Assembly: GCA_951406725.2 (NCBI GenBank)
Contig: OX597837.1
Location: 13,268,001 to 13,332,000 of the forward strand
DNA length: 64,000 bases
Direction: 5' to 3'
Origin: Octopus vulgaris
Lineage: Eukaryota
This document shows, piece after piece, positions 49,288 to 61,010 of this stretch; position 1 is the stretch's first letter, and each line of letters opens with the position of its first letter. The notes below the pieces were generated by a model. That model saw nothing but the letters and a program-made list of their open reading frames with translations, had not been told where the DNA came from and made no database searches. The position numbers and the translations under genes are program-made.

Positions 49288-52200
49288 AGTGGTGTATAAC
49301 CGGCCCACTTATGAGTACCCTTCATTCATTGGACAATAAACTTTGTTTGTGAAGACCTATTGAGGCAAGTGAAATCAAAATTACTGACGTGACCAATAAC
49401 AGTTCCGCCTGATTGGCACTTGTGCCAGTGGAACGTTAAGTGCACCATCTGAGAGTGATCATTGCCAGGGTCATTAACTGGCTCTCGTGCCAGTGGCATG
49501 TAAAAAGCACTATTCGAGCATGATCATTGCCAGCGTCACCTTACTGGCACATGTGCCGGTGGCATGTGAAAAACAACATTCGAGTGTGGTCATTGTCAGT
49601 GCCGCCGGACTGGGTCCCGTGCAGGTGACATGTAAAAAACACCTATTGAGCATGGTCGTTGCCAGTGCTGGTGGCACGTAAAAGCACCCACTACACTCTT
49701 GGAGTGGTTGGCGTTAGGAAGGGCATCCAGCTGTAGAAACTTTGCCAGATTAGATTGGAGTCTGTGTTTGCAACCTTCTGGCTCACCAGTCCTCAGTCAA
49801 ACCGTCCAACCCATGCCAGCATGGAAAGCGGATATTAAACGACGATGATATATATATATATATATATATATTAAAATACTCTTTATACTTAATATAAATA
49901 TATATATACGCACACGTTTTATAGACACTGATTGTTGTCTAATTTGTGTCATACATCATAAAACTTGTAAGACAATGTCTGGACTTAAAAGACATATGCT
50001 AGATCACAAAAACATTCCTTTAGAATCAGATTCCAAAGGACAAAGATGTTGAAGAAACTTGAATAATATCCCTGTTACTTGTGTTTTAAACCCTGTCAGT
50101 CAGCAGCTGGTCTTAAAAGTCATCTGTGGGCTCATCAACAGAGGGATTGTGATGGGGTGTGGTGTGTGTGTGTTGATAGGACGGCTATCATAAATGGCAC
50201 CCATGTCAGTGACATGTAAAAGCACCCACTACACTTTCAGAGTGGTTGGCGCTAGGAAGGGCATCCATCCATAGAAAAACATTCCAAATCAAACTGGAGT
50301 CTGGTGTAGCCTTCCAGCTTGCCAGCCCTGGTCAAACTGTCCAATCCATGGACAACAGGCGTTAAATGATGATGATAAGAATGATGACGATACACACAGC
50401 AGGATTCCTCCAGTTTCTGTCAAAGAAATCCACTTACAAGGTTTTGGCCAGCCCAGGGTTATAGAAGACATTTACCCATTCAGTTAGACTCAACATAAAA
50501 CCATAGGATAACTTTGTCTTACTCTGTTAGAGGTGTATATCAATAACGGCATTTTGGACAACGACCAGATCACAAGACTTAACCAGAACTGAAGCGCCAC
50601 CGTTTCCAGCAAGAACAAATTATTTTATTTATAGGTGCAGCCACGGCTGATTGGTATGTAGCTTGCTTCCCCATCACATGGTTCTAGTTTCAGTTCCACT
50701 ACAAGACACCTTGGGCAAGTGTCTTCTAATCAGAGACTCACGTCAACCGAAGTCTTGCGAGTGGATTTGGTAGACAGAAACTGAAAGAAGCCCCTGGTGT
50801 ATGCATGTGTTTTTGTGTGTTTGTCCTCCACCACCACCATTTGAGGATGGGTGTTGGTTTGTTTCCATTCCCATAACTTAGCAATTAGGCAAAAGAGACC
50901 AACACAGTAAGTATCAGGCTTTAAAATAGAACAATAAGTCCTGGCATCAATTCATTCAACTAAAAATTCTTCACGGCAGTGCCCCAGCATGGTCGCAGTC
51001 TAAAGACTGGAGCAAGTAACAGATAAAAGATTATAAGAGTTATATAAAAAAAAAACTATTATCTGAAGGATTACCTCTCTGATGTAATCAGACAATGATG
51101 TTGTAATTTTGTTTGAGATAAGCAGAATTCATATACTCTTTTACTTGTTTCAGTCATTTGACTGTGGCCATGCTGGAGCACCGCCTTTAATCGAGCAACT
51201 CAAGCCCGGGACTTATTCTTTGTAAGCCCAGTACTTATTCTATCGGTCTCTTTTGTCAAACCGCTAAGTGACGGGGACGTAAACACACCAGCATCGGTTG
51301 TCAAGCAATGCTAGGGGGACAAACACAGACACACAAACATATATATATATATATACATATATACGACAGGCTTCTTTCAGTTTCCGTCTACCAAATCCAC
51401 TCAAGGCTTTGGTCGGCCCGAGGCTATAGTAGAAGACACTTGCCCAAGGTGCCATGCAGTGGGACTGAAACCAGAACCATGTGGTTGGTAAACAAGCTAC
51501 TTACCACACAGCCACTCCTGCGCCTATATATTTGTCTGTTGATAACCATTTTAATTCTACAGGACTTCCATTGCTATTTGGAGTCGTGGTACTCCGTCGG
51601 TTACGACGATGAGGGTTCCAGTTGATCCAATCAACGGAACAGCCTGCTCATGAAATTAAAGTGTAAGTGGCTGAGCACTCCACAGACACGTGTACCCTTA
51701 ACGTAGTTCTTGGGTAGATTCAGTGGATATTTATTTCGAATAACTGTTTTTCGAATAATTGTTTTTGAACAATTTTCACAATGCGATCAATTTGATGGAG
51801 GAACAGGTAAGCTAATGCACAACACAAACATTTGACCACAGGTAAACAAATCAGTGCAGTTTGTTCAGCCAACAAAATGCTGACCCCATCGTCTGCCATT
51901 TATGACAAGACAGTCCACCATCTATACACATATATATATATATATATGTGCAGAAGAGTCCAGAAGCTAGCTACCCGCATGGTTCTTGGTCTCAAGCATT
52001 TGTCTTATGAAGAAAGGCTGAAGACGCTCGACCTTTATTCTCTAGAAAAACGACGACACCATGGTGATCTCATTCTTGCTCACAACATCATAAGCGGAAA
52101 GTGTAACTTCTCAAAAGAGCTGTTCTTCACTCCTGCTCCAGAGCGTCGGCTGCGGGGTCACTCCGAAAAGCTCTATCTGCGATGATTTCATCTCAATTGA

Positions 52201-55200
52201 AGGAGAGGGGCTTTCTCCGTCCGGGTTGCGGATCCATGGAATAAGCTGCCGGACAAGATAGTGAAGATGCTGACGACCGCTCGGTTCAAAGTCTCTCTTG
52301 ACCAGAAATGTTTTTGCTTTTTGAGCCAAAAAATTAACTTAACTTAACTTATATATATATATATATATCATTTATCTTTGCTTCACTCATTGAACTGTGG
52401 CCATGCTGGGGCACCAACACATTGATTCCAGTATTTATTCTTTAAGTCTGATACTTATTCCATCAGTCTCTTTTACCAAACCGGCAAGTTACAGGAATGT
52501 AAACAAAACAATACTAGTTGTCAAGTGTTAGTGGGGGGCAACCACAGACACACGCACACGCATATATATATATATATATATATATAGTGGGCTTCTTTCA
52601 GTTTCCATCTACCAAATCCACTCACAAAGCTTTGGTCTCCCTGGGCTTGTAATAGAAGACGCTTGCCCAAGATGCCATGTAATGGGACTGAACCTAAGAC
52701 CATGTGGTCAGGAAGCCAGCTTCTTACAACACAGCCATGCCTGTGCCTGTGTGTGTGTGTGTGTGTGTGTGCATCCACACTGTATTAAAGCTGAAAAAAA
52801 ATCTTCACAGACCGTTACTCCATTTCACATTACTCTCCATCAGACAATTGTGATCACAAGTGTCCGATGAACGGTAATGTGAAATTCTGAGAAACAGTTT
52901 GTGAAGATATTTTTCAACCTTAATAAACAGCATGTTACTCTGCCTTCAGTATATTTGTACTATTTCCTCCACCTTGTTTTGCATTTATGAGCTTACTTAT
53001 GTGTGTGTGTGCATCATCATCATTTAACGTCCGTGCATATATATATATGTATGTATGTGTGTGTGTGTGTGTGGAGGCGCAATGGCCCAGTGGTTAGGGC
53101 AGCGAACTCGCGGTCGTAGGATTGCGGTTTCGATTCCCAGACCAGGCGTTGTGAGTGTTTATTGAGCGAAAACACCTAAGAAGCTCCACGAGGCTCCGGC
53201 AGGGGGTGGTGATCCCTGCTTTACTCTTTCACCACTCTTTCTCCCACTCTTTCTTCTGTTGGCCTGCTCGCTTAGCCAGTGGGGTGGCGTCATTCGAAGG
53301 CTAAAACAATGCGAACGCATTGTGACCAGCGATGTGTAACTACATCTGATGGACTGGTCGGTCACGTGATCACGTGAGATATATATATATATATATATAT
53401 ATCATCATTATTATCATCGTCATTTAGCATCCGTTGTCCATTCTGGCATGGATTGGATGGTTTGACCGGGGCTGGCAAGATGGTTCAACATGGTTTCTAA
53501 GGCTGGATGCCCTTCCTAATACCAACCACACCAAGAGTGCAATGAGTGCTTTTACATGTGACACCAGTATCTGCCACAGATGGTCCTGCTCGAACTGTAG
53601 ATAAGATGCAGGTAGAAGCTCCATAAGATGTACATAGTGTAAGCTATGGACACAAAAGAGGTGCAGCAATATCAAAGAAGGCTAACTGGGAAGATAGTTT
53701 TTGTATGTGGCAGATGCTCTGGAGAAATAAACACTGAAAATGTGCAGAGAACAGCTTCTGCCACATTCCAGGGAGAAAAACTATAAGTAGTTTCCATTAC
53801 CTAGGTGACCAAGTCAGTAGTGGGGGAGGATGCTCTGAAAATGTAGCTGCTAGAATAAGAATAGCCTGGGCAAAGTTCAGAGAGCTCCTACCTCTGCTGG
53901 TGACAAAGGGCCTCTCGCTCAGAGTAAAAGGTAGACTGTATGACGTATGTGTACAAACAACCATGCTACATGGCAGTGAAATATGGGCCGTGACTGCTGA
54001 GGACATGCGTAAGCTTGCAAGGAATGAAGCCAGTATGCTCCACTGGATGTGTAATGTCAGTATGCATACACAACAGAGCATAAGTGCCTTGAGAGAAAAG
54101 TTGGAACTAAGAAGCATCAGAAGTGATGTGCAAGAGAGACGTTTGCGCTGGTATGGTCATGTGTTGCGAATGGATGAGGACAGCTGTGTGAAAAAGTGTT
54201 ACACCTTAGCAGTTGAGGGAACCTGCGGAAGAGGCAGACCCAGGAAGACCTGGGATGTGGTGGTAAAGCATGACCTTCGAACATTGGGCGTCACCGAGAC
54301 GATGACTAGTGACCGAGACCTTTGGAGATATGCTGTGCTTGAGACCACGGCTGTATAACCAGCTAACTTAGGAGTAACCTTCATTCATTGGACAATAAAC
54401 TTTGTTTGTGAAGACCTGTTGAGGCAAGTGAAATCAAAATCGACAGAAGCTATCAACAATCGCTAAGGATCCTTGTCTTTGGAGGACAGAACAGGAAGGG
54501 ACACTGGACAGAGGTAGCAAGAGTGTATAAAAAGAAAGCAAGATTGGGGGGGGTAAAATATGAATTGGATAGAATGAGTGGGGAAGAGAGAAGATGATGG
54601 CCCAGAGACTGGATAGGATGTAAGTAATAAAATAAAGGGTGAAAGTAGTAAATTAAGGGAGAGTTAATCAATGATATATGAGTTGAGGATTAGAAGAACA
54701 TGATAATGAAGGGGGTAGATGGGGGGGTCAAGTGAAGTGGTTTTGGAGAGTAAAGATCACTAGAATCACAGAAAAAGATGATTTATAAAGTATGTTGTTC
54801 TGCCTTCATTTGGATTAGCAGATAACTGAAGTTGGCAAGTGAGAGAGGGGTCAGTTATAAAGAATAAGGAGAATGAGGGAAGATTAGACGAGGAAATTTG
54901 GTTAGGGGCCTAATTGTATATACAGACATTCTGTTTCCAGGACCTCAGCTACACCATAATGGCTGAGTCTTCTCAAACACCACATATCACCAAATATTCT
55001 AGTCATTTGTTGTCCCCACTTGGTAGGATTCAAACTCCTGTGATCAGCCCTCACCCCTTGATCACAAGACTCTCCTCCACAAGTTCCCCTCATGAATCAG
55101 TCATTTGGTTTCACACCACCAGTTGGTCCTTCTGTACTTTTCGTCGAGTCCATTTAGTTGACAGCATTCAGGCCAGGTCTCTGGCATAAGGATACCTTTC

Positions 55201-55444
55201 TGCATCCCTCCCATGAATTGCAGAGGCCCTGTAAAGGGTCCTAGGTGCTGCCTTATCCTCCTGACTAAAAAAATTAAGATAATTAACTTATTAGGCATTG
55301 TTCAGCCAAGGGCTAATGTAGCAGACACTTGGCCAGTGTACGACAAAGTGAAACTGAACTCAAAAGCATTTGGTTGCTAAACAAACTCCTTAACTACATG
55401 ACCCAGTCTGTGCCTATGGTGTACACACACAATATAGATACATG

Positions 55445-55480
<36 letters not shown>

Positions 55481-58400
55481 CATACCCATATATAAATATA
55501 TACTCTAGTGGTCATACCAAAATAGAATTTCTTAAATACTCAACTGGTTCGTTTGAAGTAAATGACAGCTTACATTACCTAGGCAACATAATTAGCAGAG
55601 GAAATGGTTATTCAGGAAGTAAAGCAGCCAGGGTAAGATTGGATTGGAAAAAGTTTGGTGAGTTGGTGTCTGTGTGGGCAGCAAAGGTTCTCCCCCTCAG
55701 AGTGAAGGACGGATTGTATGACATTTGTGTGAGAACTGTGATGCAGTTTGATAGTGAAACAAGGGCCTTGGATGCAAAATAAGTTGTGAATGTTAGAAAG
55801 AAATGTGTAATGTAAGGTGGCGAGCTGGCAGAAACGTTAGCACGCTGGGTGAAATGCTTAGCAGTATTTCGTCTGCCACTACGTTCTGAGTTCAAATTCC
55901 GCTGAGGTCGACTTTGCCTTTTATCCTTTCGGGGTCAATAAATTAAGTACCGGTTACGCACTGGAGTCGATATAATCGATTTAATCTGTTTGTCTGTCCT
56001 TGTTTGTCCCCTCTATGTTTAGCCCCTTGTGGGCAATAAAGATATAAGAAATGTGTAATGTTAATGTGCATAAATTAGGTGCAGGAGTGGCTGTGTGGTA
56101 AGTAGCTTGCTTACCAACCACATGGTCCCGGGTTCAGTCCCTCTGCGTGGCATCTTGGGCAAGTGTCTTCTACTATAGCCTCGGGCCGACCAATGCCTTG
56201 TGAGTGGATTTGGTAGACGGAAACTGAAAGAATCCTGTCGTATATATGTGTATATATATATATGTGTCTTTGTGTGTCTGTCCTCCTAGCATTGCTTGAC
56301 AACTGATGCTGGTGTGTTTATGTCCCCATCACTTAGCGGTTCGGCAAAAGAGACCGATAGAATAAGTACTGGGATTACAAAGAATAAGCCCCGAAGTCGA
56401 TTTGCTCGACTAAAGGCGGTGCTCCAGCATGGCCGCAGTCAAATGACTGAAACAAGTAAAAGTAAAGTAAGTAAAATGCCAGGGTAAAGATGAGCCGAGA
56501 GAAAAACTGGGAATAAGAGGAATCGGGTATCGCATGCAAGAGAGACGGTTGCGCTGGTTTGGGCCTGTAATGAGAATGGAGAATGAAGTCTGGAAAAATC
56601 CAAATTAACAGAACTTGTGGAGGACGGCTTGGCTCTCTGTCGGTTATGACGACGAGGGTTCCAGTTGATTCCATCAACGGAACAGCTTGCTTGTGAAATT
56701 AACGTGCAAGTGGTTGAGTACTCCACAGACACTTGTACCCTTAACGTGGTTCTCAGGGAGATTCAGTGTGACCCAGAATGGGACAGGGCTGGCCCCCTTT
56801 GTATTACTGGTACGACTCATTTTTGCCAGGTGAGTGAACTGGAGCAACAAGAAATAAAGTGTTTTGCTTAAGGACGCAACATGCCACCAGGAATTGAACT
56901 CATGACCTTACGATTGTGAGCCGAATACCCTAACCACCAAGCCATGTAACTTCACTGGTGGACGAAGGAAACCAAGGAAGACTTGTGATAAAGTGAAGGT
57001 TGATCTGAAGATGCTGGATTTCATGGAGGTGGCAAAGAACCATACTAACTAGAGATGTGCACTCCCGCAGCATCTTGGCTCCCTTCAGTGAAATGTAGCC
57101 TGACATGAGGGGAGCGCTTTACAGGCTGAGGGACTTTGTATCCTACCAAGCATATGTTGTACATCTCGCTGCCTCACATCATCCTAAACCCTTTCATCCA
57201 CTTCCCCACCTTGTTGCTCACTTCCCACCACCTTCATACTTCTACTGAACCTATGTAGTGGAGACCCTCACCGCTTCATTAGACACATAAATAAAAAAGA
57301 GACTCCATTGTTCCACCTCATCCCTCTCACTTCCTTACCCATCACTGAACCTTTATACCAGAGACTGCAGCTGTCCACCCTCATCCCTTCACTACGCTGA
57401 AGTATAAGGGACTACACTGGTCAGTCTGTATCCCTTCACTGGCCCAATGTATAAGAGAGTACAACAGTCCATCCTCATGCCTCTATAATTCCGTCTCTCT
57501 ATTGCATCTCTGCATCTCCTCACCTTCTTCACCCTCCTTTACTACCAGCTATCACATTTTGACCACCCCTGGGGCCACTTCTGTTTTCACCCTTTCTAAC
57601 TGATTCTGCTCTAAATAACATTTTGCCACTGACGACTGTACTGATTTGGTCATGTGAGGCAGATGGATGCCGACAGCGCCATAAAGAAGTGCCGATCTCT
57701 CAAGGCAAATGGAACACATGGAAGGAGATTGAGGAAGGCATAGGATGAAGTACTTAGGGACGAACTCAGAACACTGAACCTTTCAGGCGAGAAGACAAAG
57801 CACCGAGATGTCTGGTGCCTTGCTGTACTCAAGAAGACCCTGTCTTCCACAGCAGAAGTGTTAAGGCTGGTCACCCTGGGAGAGGGAATTGGCCTGCAAG
57901 AGTCATGTGTCAGTACCCAGAACAATCTGTAAAGTGGTTGGCGTTAGGAAGGGCATCCAGCCGTAGAAACCATGCCAAATCAGTCTAGAACATGGTGTAG
58001 CTCTCCAGCTTGCCAGCTCTGGTCAAACCGTCCAACCCATGCCAGCATGGACAACGGACGTTAAATGATGATGATGGTGATGATCATCTTCATCATACCA
58101 CTTTTCCTCATTCAGGTCCTTTTCATGTCATAGCTCCCTACCCTAAATCCCTTCCTGGGCCACATGAGCAACCATACATGCCTAAGGTTATTGAGTTAGC
58201 ACTGACTTGCTTTCTTCACTCGCTTCTGACATCCTTGTCGGCATTGCTTCCACCCACGCCTTATTTCCCCTCCATGGTCTACATACCTAAGCTCTGAATA
58301 CTCTCTACATTATCCTGTGACCCAGACAACCCCTGCCTTGTATTGGTGTCACGACACAAAACCGAGAACTCACACACCCTCAAAGAGAGACACTCTCCAG

Positions 58401-58702
58401 TGCCGGGTACAACAAAATGCACCCAGTACCCTTTGTAAAGCGGTTTGTAGAACAGAGGATAACATGGACTTCTGAGGCCGCTTTAATCAACCTTTGTAGT
58501 GCTGGTAACTTGAGAAAATGCACCCAGTACACTCTGTAAATTGGCGGGCGATAGGAAGGGCATCCAACCATAGCAATCAAGACAAAATCAAATGACACAT
58601 AACGACCATCAGTCCATGGTGGTCGCAGTTCCCAACAAGACATGGTTCGACAGTGACAACCCACACCAGCATGGAAAGCAGACAAAAATAATGACGCTAT
58701 GA

Positions 58703-58775
<73 letters not shown>

Positions 58776-59079
58776 AATATACATATGTATAGGTGTACAT
58801 TTAAACGCATACACATATTACGTGTAATATACAAATACACACACACACACCCTGATATCAATCGCTACCGAGAAATAAATCAAGAATTTATCTAGTAATT
58901 TAATACACTTCTATTCGTCTTCTAATACATGCCACTGGCCACTGTGGCGTGCGTATATGTATGCACGTATATACAAACATACATAACATACATACACGCA
59001 CTGACTAAGGCGGCACTGAAAAACGGGAGCATGCTAATAATTTAATGTCAATTATGTACGTCAAATTACATCTAGACAC

Positions 59080-59125
<46 letters not shown>

Positions 59126-59147
59126 TGCATACATTATACATACACCT

Positions 59148-59200
<53 letters not shown>

Positions 59201-59669
59201 TTTAAGTTCGTTAATGGGAACGTTTTTGAATACGTATATAGAAACCCCTATTTTAAAATGCCGGCTTACAGCCCAGCATTAAAATATTTATAAATTCTGC
59301 CCAAAGATTATTATTGTTATCATTATTATTATTACCATATATATATATATATACACAATATATTTAAATAAATATACATACATTATATATATATACATAC
59401 ACTATATATATATATACATACATACAATATATATATATATACATACATACAATATATATATATACATACACTATATATATATATACATACATACAATATA
59501 TATATATATACATACATACAATATATATATATACATACACTATATATATACATACATACAATATATATATACATACACTATATATATATATATACATACA
59601 TACAAAATATATATATACATACATACAATATATATATACATACACTATATATATATATACATACATACA

Positions 59670-59728
<59 letters not shown>

Positions 59729-60361
59729 CATACATACAATATATATATATATATATATACATACAATATATATATATACATACATACAATATATATATAT
59801 ACATACATACAATATATATATATACATACATACAATATATATATATACATACATACAATATATATATATATATACATACATACATACAATATATATACAC
59901 AATATTCATACAATATATATATATATACACACACAATTATATATAAATGCATATATAGATGCATACACACACACATATATATTCTTCAATACATTTCAGC
60001 CTCATGTCTGTGGCCGCCAATACATTTCCATCGCTTCCGACTCCCGATGGCCGTTTCAAAAACGTGGAAACAACGTTATTTTTCCGATTCCGTGTTATTT
60101 ATTATGTAATATTATTAAGACAAATAGATCAACGTATCTATTGTTCATACATTCATGACCGTCGGTGGAACTACGCCAGTCGAAAAGAAGACTATCTTGA
60201 TTCACTCGTAGATAAACGACGGAACATCACATTATGGTTAATATATATACATACATAGAAATGTTTGTGTATATATACATGCGTGTGTGTGTGTATATAT
60301 ATATGTATATATATAGAATACGAGGGGTTTAGTTCAGTTGTCCTTTTTTTCCTTATATATA

Positions 60362-60405
<44 letters not shown>

Positions 60406-60966
60406 CATATAGATATATCTACACATATATATATATGTAGATATATATATAAACGCACACGTATACATACATATATCTACATTTTATATAAATATATACA
60501 TACATATATCTACATATATATATATATACATATATATATACATATATCTATATATATATATATATATCTACATATATATATACATATCTACATATATATA
60601 TCTACATATATATATATATACATATCTACATATATATATACATATCTACATATATATATCTACATACATATATATATATATACATATATCTACATATATA
60701 TACATATATCTACATATATCTACATATATATATACATATATCTACATATATATACATATACATATATCTACATATATATACATATACATATATCTACATA
60801 TATATATATACATATATCTACATATATATACATATACATATATCTACATATATATATATATACATATATCTACATATATATATATACATATATCTACAAA
60901 TATATATATACATATATCTACTTAATCTACATATATCAACATATATATCTACATACATATATATAC

Positions 60967-61010
<44 letters not shown>

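Larger units (their letters stand above)
55540..57060 (+). mobile_element. Older RTE LINE fragment split by three nested SINE insertions
   Basis: RTE-like pieces at ~55540-55810, ~56480-56630 and ~56957-57060 resume across the SINEs. A further RTE piece lies at ~57640-57840. Confidence 0.7.

Noticed and set aside
53073-53150. tRNA-Arg gene
   Set aside because: The acceptor stem does not pair, there is no poly-T terminator, and it continues into a SINE body shared with other copies.
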